The position numbers were made by a program, and so were the translations under genes. Shown in pieces: positions 30,505-39,085 of a stretch of 64,000 bases of DNA. How positions within the stretch are numbered: the first letter of the stretch is position 1; every line of letters starts with the position of its first letter. The stretch lies in contig JAYODI010000023.1 in NCBI GenBank assembly GCA_038279365.1, forward strand, positions 1 through 64,000, in the 5' to 3' direction. This stretch comes from Candidatus Latescibacterota bacterium (GTDB lineage Bacteria > Latescibacterota > UBA2968). The notes below the pieces were generated by a model, which had not been told where the DNA came from, searched no databases, and saw only the letters and a program-made list of their open reading frames with translations.

Positions 30505-31671
30505 ATGTCTATGAAAACACCCATTTATCTCGACCATCATGCCACAACCCCAGTTGACGAACGGGTGTTAGAGGCTATGTTGCCTTATTTTAAGGACCAC
30601 TTTGGCAATGCGGCCAGTCGCACACATACATTTGGATGGGAAGCAGAGGATGCCGTTGATCGGGCGCGTGAACAAATAGCCAAACTCATCAACGCACAAC
30701 CCAAAGACATCATCTTTACCAGCGGTGCCACAGAATCGGATAACCTCGCCATAAAGGGTGTGGCAGCTGCCTCAGAAAAACCCTGCCACATCATCACCCA
30801 AACCACAGAACATCATGCCGTGCTCGACCCTTGTAAAGCACTCGAGCGACAAGGCGTTGAAATCACAGTCTTACCCGTTGACCAACATGGGCAAATCAAC
30901 CCAGATCACATTCAAAACGCGATAAAAGACAACACAGCGCTCGTATCTGTCATGATGGCCAACAACGAAATTGGCACCCTTCAGCCGCTCACCGAAATTG
31001 GCAAACTGTGCCGCAAAAACAACATCTACTTTCACACAGACGCCGCCCAAGCCATTGGCAAATGCCCCATTGATGTCGAAGCCATGCACATTGATCTGCT
31101 CTCCATTTCTGCCCACAAAATGTATGGCCCAAAAGGTGTGGGCGCATTATATGTACGCAGCCGCCCTCGGGTGCGTCTCATTGGCCAAATGGACGGTGGT
31201 GGGCACGAAAAAAGCATGCGCTCTGGCACGCTCAATGTACCTGGCATTGTTGGCTTGGGAGAAGCCTGTGCCATTGCTCAAAAAGAAATGGCATCTGAAT
31301 CGACGCGTATCAAACATTTACGCGATCGCCTCCAGCACAAACTCTTTGAATCACTCGACCGCATTCAACTCAATGGCCACCCCGAACACCGCTTAGATGG
31401 CAACCTGAACATCAGCTTTTCGGCAGTGGATGGTGAAAGCTTATTAATGGGTTTGCGCGACATTGCCCTCTCATCAGGTTCTGCTTGCACATCGGCGTCT
31501 CTTGAACCTTCTTATGTGCTAAGAGCCATTGGCGTATCACCCGACCTGGCCCAAAGCAGCATCCGTTTTGGCATTGGCCGATTTAACACAGAAGAAGAAA
31601 TCGACCACACCACCAACCGCGTCATCGAAGAAGTAAACCGATTACGAGAGATTTCGCCGAATTATAAATAA
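30505..31671 (+). CDS. iscS: cysteine desulfurase (IscS type)
   Basis: [37 protein letters not shown]. Confidence 0.92.
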   Translation: MSMKTPIYLDHHATTPVDERVLEAMLPYFKDHFGNAASRTHTFGWEAEDAVDRAREQIAKLINAQPKDIIFTSGATESDNLAIKGVAAASEKPCHIITQTTEHHAVLDPCKALERQGVEITVLPVDQHGQINPDHIQNAIKDNTALVSVMMANNEIGTLQPLTEIGKLCRKNNIYFHTDAAQAIGKCPIDVEAMHIDLLSISAHKMYGPKGVGALYVRSRPRVRLIGQMDGGGHEKSMRSGTLNVPGIVGLGEACAIAQKEMASESTRIKHLRDRLQHKLFESLDRIQLNGHPEHRLDGNLNISFSAVDGESLLMGLRDIALSSGSACTSASLEPSYVLRAIGVSPDLAQSSIRFGIGRFNTEEEIDHTTNRVIEEVNRLREISPNYK

Positions 31672-31674
31672 AAA

Positions 31675-31754
31675 TCAGTCACAAGTCGCAGGTCACCAGG
31701 TCACTGGTCTTTAGATTTTGACCTGCGATTTGCAGACCTGTGACTTGCGACCTA
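31675..31754. repeat. inverted array of degenerate heptamer repeats
   Basis: ACAAGTC GCAGGTC ACCAGGTC ACTGGTC ... TGACCTG CGATTTG CAGACCTG TGACTTG CGACCTA. Confidence 0.75.
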
Positions 31755-31769
31755 TTCTTTGGAGTATTC

Positions 31770-32588
31770 ATGCAAGCCCCCAAACAACCTCAAGCGCCAC
31801 GTCTCCTGCCAGGTGTGAAGCATATTATTGCCGTATCCAGTGGCAAAGGTGGCGTGGGCAAAACCACGGTGAGTGTAAACCTATCCATTGCACTGGCCAA
31901 AACAGGTGCTACCGTCGGGTTGCTTGATGCCGATATTTATGGTCCAAACGTGCCCATGATGCTTGGTGCCAAACGTCAGCCTGACACCGATGGTGAAAAA
32001 ATCATCCCCTTAGAAGCCCACAACATCAAACTCATGTCGTTGGGCCTTATTACAGATGAAAACACACCCATTATTTGGCGTGGGCCCATTGTGGGCAAAG
32101 TCATTCAGCAATTTATGATTGACGTCCTTTGGGGAGAACTGGACTTCCTTATTGTGGATCTGCCTCCGGGCACAGGTGATGCCCAACTCACTTTGGCGCA
32201 AACGGTGCCCTTATCGGGCGCAGTCATCGTGACCACGCCACAAAACGTGGCTCTTGAAGATGTGCATCGAGGCATTGAAATGTTTCGCAAAGTCAATGTG
32301 CCCATCTTGGGGGTTGTAGAAAACATGAGTTATTTTTTATGCCCATGTTGTGGAGACCGCACCCCGCTCTTTGGCGATGGTGGTGGCTTACGCATTGCCG
32401 ATACATTTCGCCTGCCCCTATTGGGGCAAATTCCCATCCAACCCGAAATACGCATCGGTGGCGACGAAGGACAACCCATTGCCTTGGGCGATAATGAACC
32501 CGCACGTGCATTTGCAGACATGGCGCAAACACTCAAAAACATGTTAGGTGAAACGGCACAAGGAATGCCAGAGATCACCATTGTATAA
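31770..32588 (+). CDS. mrp: Mrp/NBP35 (ApbC) Fe-S carrier ATPase
   Basis: SGKGGVGKTT, DADIYGP, DLPPGTGD, ENMS..CPCC. Confidence 0.92.
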   Translation: MQAPKQPQAPRLLPGVKHIIAVSSGKGGVGKTTVSVNLSIALAKTGATVGLLDADIYGPNVPMMLGAKRQPDTDGEKIIPLEAHNIKLMSLGLITDENTPIIWRGPIVGKVIQQFMIDVLWGELDFLIVDLPPGTGDAQLTLAQTVPLSGAVIVTTPQNVALEDVHRGIEMFRKVNVPILGVVENMSYFLCPCCGDRTPLFGDGGGLRIADTFRLPLLGQIPIQPEIRIGGDEGQPIALGDNEPARAFADMAQTLKNMLGETAQGMPEITIV

Positions 32589-32690
32589 TCCAACACTTGC
32601 GAACAAAAACCAAATTCCTTACATTTGTTATCAACAAACTCTGAAATCAATTGTTCAGTGTTTTTCACGATCAACCGAAAGGCAACCGCA

Positions 32691-33866
32691 ATGGGATTTG
32701 AAACACTCGTTGCCCAAGCCGAATCGACGACCACTGGGTTAACCCCCAAAGAAGCCCAACAAAAGCTTCAAAGTGGTGACACGGTTCTGCTTTTGGACGT
32801 GCGCGAGCGCGAAGGTTATTCGAAGGGATATATCTCGGGGGCACAAAATGTACCCCGCGGATTCCTTGAACTTCGCATTGAAGGCATTGAAAACAGCCGC
32901 AATGCCAACATCATCGTTTATGGGGCACCAGGCCAAGGGCCTTTGGCAGCACGAGCACTGCAAGATATGGGATATCAAAATGTATCGTATATCAAAGGTG
33001 ATTACGACGCTTGGATTGTTGCCGGTTATGAAACCGAACGCGACCGTCCATTGAGCAAAGCCGAAGTACAACGTTTTTCTCGCCACTTGCTCATTCCCGA
33101 AGTGGGTGAAAAAGGCCAAGGCAAATTGCTCGACGCCAAGGTATTGCTCATTGGTGCAGGAGGCTTAGGCAGTCCAACCGCCCTCTATTTGGCGGCAGCA
33201 GGTGTGGGCACCCTCGGCATTGTGGATGCCGATGTGGTCGATGTGACCAATTTGCAACGCCAAGTGTTACACGGAACATCGGACGTGGGCCGTTTAAAAG
33301 CCGTTTCGGCCTATGAAACGCTCAAAGAAATCAACCCAGGTTGCAATGTGGTTCCCCACACAGAATATCTCACATCTGCCAACGTGATGGACATTTTGCC
33401 ACATTACGACATTGTGGTCAATGGCTGTGACAACTTCCCCACACGCTATTTGGTAAACGATGCGTGTGTGTTCTTGAACAAACCCATTGTAGATGGCAGT
33501 ATCTTCAGATTCGAGGGCCAGGTTACGGTGTACTCGTGCGATAAGGAGGGGCCCTGTTATCGTTGCCTCTACCCATCGCCGCCACCGGCTGATCTGGCAC
33601 CTTCTTGAGACGAAGCAGGTGTCTTGGGCGTTTTGCCCGGCACAGTTGGCCTGGTCCAGGCCACAGAGACAGTAAAAATGATTCTCGGTCAAGGTACATC
33701 ACTCGTTGGCAGGTTGCTGATGTATGATGCCTTGAGCACAAGCTTCAACACCTTTAAGGTGCGTCGTGATCCCAATTGCCCGGTCTGTGGAAACAATCCC
33801 ACCATCACCGAGCTGATTGACTACCAAGCATTTTGTACTATGGATCATGGCGAGGCCGCAGATTAA
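32691..33866 (+). CDS. moeB: rhodanese-like + MoeB/ThiF E1 adenylyltransferase, probable selenoprotein (UGA at 33606)
   Basis: RFSRHL, GAGGLG, TNLQRQ, CYRC, APS-TGA-DEAGVLGVLPG in one frame, then RRDPNCPVC; joins the track ORFs 32625-33608 and 33624-33866. Confidence 0.88.
33619..33643 (+). promoter_or_regulatory. candidate SECIS hairpin of moeB
   Basis: GTG-TC-TTGGGC-GTTTT-GCCCGG-CAC; loop G lies 21 nt after the UGA. Confidence 0.6.
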
Positions 33867-33884
33867 GTTGTTCTTCGGCATATT

Positions 33885-33922
33885 TAAAGGGGTAGAACCG
33901 AGATAGGTTCTGCCCCTTTTTT
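33885..33922 (+). terminator. terminator after moeB
   Basis: AAAGGGGTAGAACC/GGTTCTGCCCCTTT followed by a T-tract. Confidence 0.85.
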
Positions 33923-33963
33923 ATTTGTATCTCATTTCATTTGACGCATAAAAATAAAAGGCT

Positions 33964-33986
33964 GGGCACGGAGACCGTGCCCCTAC
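33964..33986. repeat. REP-like palindrome
   Basis: GGGCACGG-AGA-CCGTGCCC-CTAC (GTAG-terminated REP-type hairpin). Confidence 0.6.
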
Positions 33987-33993
33987 GAAAACA

Positions 33994-34143
33994 ATGAACA
34001 TCAAATCCAATCATATATCGCGGGCGCTCGTACCCTCTTGAGGCCAGTCATTTTGCAGCCTGGGTCAGGTTCATCGTATGCCAACACGGCACACCCTTGT
34101 ACACGCGCGTCTACAAGTCTCTATAAAGGATGAGACCATGTAA
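33994..34143 (+). CDS. putative Sec-containing leader peptide (49 aa)
   Basis: MNIKSNHISRALVPS-TGA-GQSFCSLGQVHRMPTRHTLVHARLQVSIKDETM-TAA; SECIS-like hairpin after the UGA; no clear SD. Confidence 0.55.
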
Positions 34144-34167
34144 TGGATAAACGCATTTGTAAAAAAA

Positions 34168-34199
34168 GGGCGACTGCTGTGTGGCAGTCGCCCTTTTTT
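34168..34199 (+). terminator. intrinsic terminator/attenuator upstream of the ABC operon
   Basis: GGGCGACTGCT-GTGT-GGCAGTCGCCC-TTTTTT. Confidence 0.9.
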
Positions 34200-34348
34200 A
34201 TGATGTTTGCCCATATCGCCCAGTGCGTGCATTCCAAATTGCGGCAGAATACCTCTATTGGAAAACCGAATACAATGGTCTTGCAGAAGGCAAAGCCAAT
34301 CGGGGCGATTTGCATGCAACATTTTATTTTTAGTTCGCACACCGACAC

Positions 34349-34419
34349 ACAAGTCGCAGGTCACACGGCACAGGTCTACAAGGCGGGATTTTTAGTTTCG
34401 ACCTAAAGACTTCGACCTC
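34349..34419. repeat. second heptamer-repeat element
   Basis: ACAAGTC GCAGGTC ACACGGC ACAGGTC ... CGACCTA AAGACTT CGACCTC; ACAAGTCGCAGGTCAC is identical to the copy at 31681. Confidence 0.65.
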
Positions 34420-34443
34420 AATTCACACATAAAGGATGACAAG

Positions 34444-35301
34444 ATGAAAGCACTTTTATTTGCCTTATTCATCACCCTGACAATCTCCGTCACCACACGA
34501 GCCGAAACATTGCGCTTTACCGCCATACCAGACGAAAACACCGCACGGCTTAAAGAACGTTTTGACAAAGTGGCGGTCTACCTCTCAAAGCAGCTTGGCG
34601 TAGAAGTCGAATATGTGCCCGTTAAATCCTATGCGGCATCTGTTGCGGCATTTAAAAATAATGAAGTTCAGCTGGCTTGGTTTGGTGGGCTTTCAGGTGT
34701 ACAAGCTCGGCGTGCCGTACCGGGTGCCCAAGCGATAGCACAAGGCGAAGAAGACACCCAGTTTATTACCTACTTCATCGCCAACAAAAGCACAGGGATT
34801 CATGCCACAAAAGCATTTCCAACGGCCATCAAGGGCCACACCTTCACCTTTGGCTCCAAAGGCTCCACATCGGGTCGTCTCATGCCCGAATTTTATATTC
34901 GCCAGTACTTAAAAAAATCACCCGAAGACATTTTCTCACGTGTTGGATTTAGTGGCGACCACTCCAAAACCATTGCCCTTGTGCAATCGGGCAGTTATGA
35001 AATTGGGGCAACCAACTACAAAGTGTGGGAAAATGAACTCGACGCAGGCACCATTGACACTGCAAAAATTCGTGTCATATGGCAAACCCCCACCTACCCC
35101 GACTACAACTGGAGCATTCGAGGAGATGTGAACACAACCTTTGGCCCAGACTTTATTGCCAAAGTACAAAAAGCATTGATAGACATGGATGACCCCGAAT
35201 TGCTCAATTCATTCCCCCGCACCAAATTTATCAAAGCAGACAACAGTATGTATGACCCCATATTGAAAACTGCCATTGAAATTGGCATCATTGAAGATTA
35301 A
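34444..35301 (+). CDS. PhnD/PtxB-like substrate-binding protein, putative selenate-binding clade
   Basis: Signal peptide; FTAIPDE, AWFGGLSGVQAR, GSTSGRLMP, TPTYPDYNW, recognised as the putative selenate SBP clade (TIGR04553-like). Confidence 0.8.
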   Translation: MKALLFALFITLTISVTTRAETLRFTAIPDENTARLKERFDKVAVYLSKQLGVEVEYVPVKSYAASVAAFKNNEVQLAWFGGLSGVQARRAVPGAQAIAQGEEDTQFITYFIANKSTGIHATKAFPTAIKGHTFTFGSKGSTSGRLMPEFYIRQYLKKSPEDIFSRVGFSGDHSKTIALVQSGSYEIGATNYKVWENELDAGTIDTAKIRVIWQTPTYPDYNWSIRGDVNTTFGPDFIAKVQKALIDMDDPELLNSFPRTKFIKADNSMYDPILKTAIEIGIIED

Positions 35302-35402
35302 GATGCACCATTGTACAAAACGGACAACGTGCATCTCGCCTGTTGTTCATTTCATGATCTCACCAAGTTTATGAACCCCTATTCTATTTGAAGCGATCGT
35401 CC

Positions 35403-36056
35403 ATGTTCCATCTGACCAATATCTCTGTTGCCTACGACGATGAACCCGTTTTGCACAATATCTCTCTTCACATAGATGAAGGAGATAAGGTTGTATTCAT
35501 TGGACCAAGTGGTGCCGGGAAATCAACCCTGTTGCGCAAACTCTATGACCTACAAAAACATCAAGCAGCCTTCATCCATCAAGATTATGCACTCGTGCCT
35601 CAACTATCCACCTTTCACAACGTTTACATGGGCCAATTGGACCAACACAATATATTTTACAACGCCCTCACTCTTATTCGCCCACAAAAGAGAGAACGCG
35701 ACGAAATTGCGCCCATACTCGATGCCCTTGGCCTAACAGAAAAACAAAATGAACGCATCAGTGAACTTTCGGGTGGGCAACAACAGCGCGTGGCTGTAGG
35801 GCGCGCATTGTATCGCAATGCCAAAATTATTTTGGGTGACGAACCCGTTTCGGCCATAGACCCCCAACAATCAGATACCGTACTCCACTTGCTCAAACAA
35901 CACGCCAATACGCTTGTCTTAGCCATGCACGATGTGGAACTGGCCTTGCGCCACTTTGATCGCATCGTTGGTTTGCGCAAGGGGCGTGTCGCATTTAATC
36001 TACTGCGCAATCAAGTGACAGACACCCATCTCTCCGAGCTTTTTAACCGTGCTTAG
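35403..36056 (+). CDS. ABC transporter ATP-binding protein (PhnC-like)
   Basis: GPSGAGKST, LSGGQQQRV, GDEP, MHD. Confidence 0.92.
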   Translation: MFHLTNISVAYDDEPVLHNISLHIDEGDKVVFIGPSGAGKSTLLRKLYDLQKHQAAFIHQDYALVPQLSTFHNVYMGQLDQHNIFYNALTLIRPQKRERDEIAPILDALGLTEKQNERISELSGGQQQRVAVGRALYRNAKIILGDEPVSAIDPQQSDTVLHLLKQHANTLVLAMHDVELALRHFDRIVGLRKGRVAFNLLRNQVTDTHLSELFNRA

Positions 36057-37542
36057 AACAAGTCTCTCCTTTCTCGGCATTGCGTTGTTGTGTGTGCTCT
36101 TGGCCGACATCGAAATCACCACCCTTGATCCTTGGGGCGAACTACAGCGCATGGCCTTGGGTGCACTGACTCCCAATGTGTCTGCACTCTACAGCTTTCG
36201 CACCGCATTGCTCAACACCTTCACCTTTGCATTTTGTGGCCTCTCACTCAGCATTATCGGTGGCAGCATCCTCGCCTTCTTTTTTCACCTTACAAGTGTG
36301 CGCCTTTTTTGCGCTTTTATTCGCGCCATACACGAAATCTTTTGGGCCTTTCTCTTTTTGCCCCTTGTTGGCCTGAACCCTATTTGTGGCGTCTTGGCCA
36401 TTGCCATTCCTTATGCCGGCATCTTTGCCAAAGTTTATGCCGAAATTTTGCAAGAAACAGACCGCCAGCCCTTACAAGGGTTGCCCCACCAAACCCATCC
36501 CTTGAGCCAATTTCTCTACGGTCAGTTGCCTCTTGCCTGGGCAAACATCAAACACTACACGGCTTATCGTTTTGAATGTGCTCTGCGCTCGAGTGCTGTG
36601 CTTGGTTTTATTGGTTTGCCCACCATTGGTTTTCACCTTGAAACGGCCTTTCGCGAAAGCCTTTATGCCGAAGCGGCCGTACTTCTTTATGCCTTTTATC
36701 TCCTCATCGCCTCACTCAAATATTGGGTCAAACCCAAGCTCGTGTCTCTCTATGTCTTATTTTCTTTTGCCGTGATTCCCAAAACCATCCATTTTTCATT
36801 GGACAACCTCACCCGAATTCTCACCTACGAAATTTTTCCTTGGCCAATGCGTCGTGAAGGCTTCTTAAGTGGCAACAATGACCTCGCACTGCCCTTACAC
36901 GAAACCTATATTTGGTTTACTGAACGCCTCGTGAATGCCATTCTACCGGGCATTTGGAACACCGTTATTCTCACACAAATTGTGCTTGTTGGCACGGGCC
37001 TTTTTGCACTCATTGCATTTCCCATCATCAGTCACCATTTTTTTTCTCGCCTCGCCACCCGCATCGGACACATCGTGCTCATTGTCATTCGCACAACACC
37101 CGAATATATGCTGGCCTATCTCTTTTTACAGCTTTGGGGGCCATCCATGTTGCCTGCCATTGCAGCCATTGCGCTACACAATGGGGCCATACTGGCCTTC
37201 CTTTCAGGGCAAAGCGCCAATCACATGCACCTCCGCTTGGACGCCCCCAAAATGCGCATCAACCGGTATCTCTTTGAAATTTTACCCCGTATTTACAACC
37301 AATTCCTGGCCTTCCTCTTTTATCGCTGGGAAGTTATGATGCGCGAATCGGCCATTTTAGGCATCTTGGGTATTTATACCCTCGGTTTCTTTATTGACAG
37401 TGCCATTTCTGAACAAAAAATGGACCGCGTCATTCTATTAATCTTTGTAACGTCATTGCTCAATATGGGCATTGACACCCTATCACAGCGCATCCGCCAA
37501 CGCCTCAGATTGTCTGTAGGCACAGTGAAAACAACCATTTGA
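36049..37542 (+). CDS. ABC permease with two fused PhnE/PtxC-like halves
   Basis: Duplicated YRFECALRSS / YRWEVMMRES motifs; multiple TMs. Confidence 0.88.
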   Translation: MLRTSLSFLGIALLCVLLADIEITTLDPWGELQRMALGALTPNVSALYSFRTALLNTFTFAFCGLSLSIIGGSILAFFFHLTSVRLFCAFIRAIHEIFWAFLFLPLVGLNPICGVLAIAIPYAGIFAKVYAEILQETDRQPLQGLPHQTHPLSQFLYGQLPLAWANIKHYTAYRFECALRSSAVLGFIGLPTIGFHLETAFRESLYAEAAVLLYAFYLLIASLKYWVKPKLVSLYVLFSFAVIPKTIHFSLDNLTRILTYEIFPWPMRREGFLSGNNDLALPLHETYIWFTERLVNAILPGIWNTVILTQIVLVGTGLFALIAFPIISHHFFSRLATRIGHIVLIVIRTTPEYMLAYLFLQLWGPSMLPAIAAIALHNGAILAFLSGQSANHMHLRLDAPKMRINRYLFEILPRIYNQFLAFLFYRWEVMMRESAILGILGIYTLGFFIDSAISEQKMDRVILLIFVTSLLNMGIDTLSQRIRQRLRLSVGTVKTTI

Positions 37543-37747
37543 TCTGATCACAAGATCAGGTGTTTTTTCAAACTTGCTACAATCACCCATTCCCAAACCC
37601 CAGACTGGGAACCTTGTCTTTTGGTCTATCGTCTAAATTTATGTCGGTTTCTTCATTTAACGAACCCAAAGCACCTCCTATTGCCATTGCCCCAGTACAT
37701 AGGACATCTCACAGCCTATTGACGATTGGCATAATTCCGTTAAACTT

Positions 37748-38266
37748 ATGCATATGAACATCAAATATTACCCAATTCTTTTTTTCTGCTTGATATCTTT
37801 GTGGGGATGTGGCAACCCAGCCAAAGACTTGCCCAAAGAAAATGGCCTAAGCATTCGCCCTGCAACCGCCGAACAAGTGCTTGGTGCAATAGAAAATGCC
37901 AAAGGCAATGTGGTATTGGTCAACTTGTGGGCAACGTGGTGCCAACCTTGTGTAGAAGAATTTCCAGACATCATGGCACTCCACAAAAAATACAAAGACC
38001 GTGGCTTGAAAATTATTTTTGTTTCTGCTGACTTCGAAAACCAAACCGAAGTTGCAAAAGCCTTTCTTCAAAAACAAGGCGTAGACTTTGCCACCTATCA
38101 AAAATCGGGCAAAGACATGGCCTTTATCAACACTTTAGACGAACGTTGGTCGGGTGCATTGCCCGCTACTTGGATTTATGATGCAAGTGGCAACAAACGC
38201 CACTTTTGGGAAGGCAAAAAAGACCACGTGCATTTTGAAAAAGCCATATTAGATGCAATGGAGTAG
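37748..38266 (+). CDS. TlpA-family thioredoxin-fold lipoprotein
   Basis: Lipobox LWGC; NLWATWCQPC; GALPAT. Confidence 0.88.
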   Translation: MHMNIKYYPILFFCLISLWGCGNPAKDLPKENGLSIRPATAEQVLGAIENAKGNVVLVNLWATWCQPCVEEFPDIMALHKKYKDRGLKIIFVSADFENQTEVAKAFLQKQGVDFATYQKSGKDMAFINTLDERWSGALPATWIYDASGNKRHFWEGKKDHVHFEKAILDAME

Positions 38267-38321
38267 CTGTTCACGCAATTCAACAAACAACAGCCGGGAA
38301 ACATATAGAGGAGAATGTCGC

Positions 38322-38957
38322 ATGAAGAACAAACTAACAATGGGTTTCATCGCGCTGGCTTTGGCGGTTGGCATCGGTTTTTCGATGGGAAACAGCGTTG
38401 AAGCTGGCAATGCATTAGACCTCAATGCCAAAGCACCCAAAGCCGACGTCAAAATGAAAGGTGTTGACGGGGCTTGGCACACCATCCAAGGTGTTGCAGG
38501 TGAAAAAGGCACACTCGTTTTGTTTTCGTGCAATGCCTGCCCCTGGGTCAAAAAATGGGAAGATCGCATCAGCAGCATTGGCAACGAATATCAGCAAAAA
38601 GGCATTGGCGTGATCATGATCAATTCCAATGATCCTGCCAAAGTAGCCGAAGACGGCTTTGAAGAAATGGTTGCACGCACCAAAGCCAAAGCTTTTGGTT
38701 TTCCTTATGTTGTAGATGCCACCTCCGAAGTGGCCCGTGCATTTGGTGCCACACGCACCCCCGAAGCCTTTCTCTTTGATGCCAAAGGCAAGCTGGTCTA
38801 TCACGGTGCCATTGATGACAACGCCTCAGATGCCAAAGCCGTTGAAGTGCCCTATTTGAAAAATGCACTCAATGCGGTCATTGCTGGCGAAGCCATTCCC
38901 GCCGCCAAAACCAAAGCCCTCGGTTGCAGCATTAAGTTTCACAACGAAGATTCATAA
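38322..38957 (+). CDS. secreted AhpC/TSA-like redoxin
   Basis: Signal peptide; FSCNACP, FGATRTPE, YHGAIDD, GCSIK. Confidence 0.88.
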   Translation: MKNKLTMGFIALALAVGIGFSMGNSVEAGNALDLNAKAPKADVKMKGVDGAWHTIQGVAGEKGTLVLFSCNACPWVKKWEDRISSIGNEYQQKGIGVIMINSNDPAKVAEDGFEEMVARTKAKAFGFPYVVDATSEVARAFGATRTPEAFLFDAKGKLVYHGAIDDNASDAKAVEVPYLKNALNAVIAGEAIPAAKTKALGCSIKFHNEDS

Positions 38958-39026
38958 ACCAGATAGCACCAGAATAAATTCCGGTACTATGATAAAAAAG
39001 TCCCTACGGGACTCAGAATTTCATAC

Positions 39027-39072
39027 ATAAAAAAAGCGAGCATGTTCACTTGAACATGCTCGCTTTTTTATA
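39027..39072. terminator. bidirectional terminator
   Basis: A-tract, GCGAGCATGTTCA/TGAACATGCTCGC stem, T-tract. Confidence 0.88.
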
Positions 39073-39085
39073 TTAACCAAGCAGA

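Noticed and set aside
33606-33608. moeB as a nonsense pseudogene or two genes
   Set aside because: The TGA falls exactly on the conserved Cys, the frame is intact and a SECIS-like hairpin follows.
34143-34406. 87-aa ORF coupled by TAATG to the leader
   Set aside because: It runs through the terminator and the heptamer repeat and has no recognisable protein features.
33870-34440. tRNA-Sec (selC) or TPP riboswitch in the intergenic region
   Set aside because: No UCA anticodon arm or T-loop; the GAACCTGA match on the minus strand lacks the CTGAGA core of a TPP riboswitch.
37580-37690. Short minus-strand ORF behind an AGGAGGT SD
   Set aside because: Only ~28 codons and not assignable; at most a remnant.
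39036-39063. parS-like palindrome TGTTCACTTGAACA
   Set aside because: It is the core of a bidirectional terminator between convergent genes.
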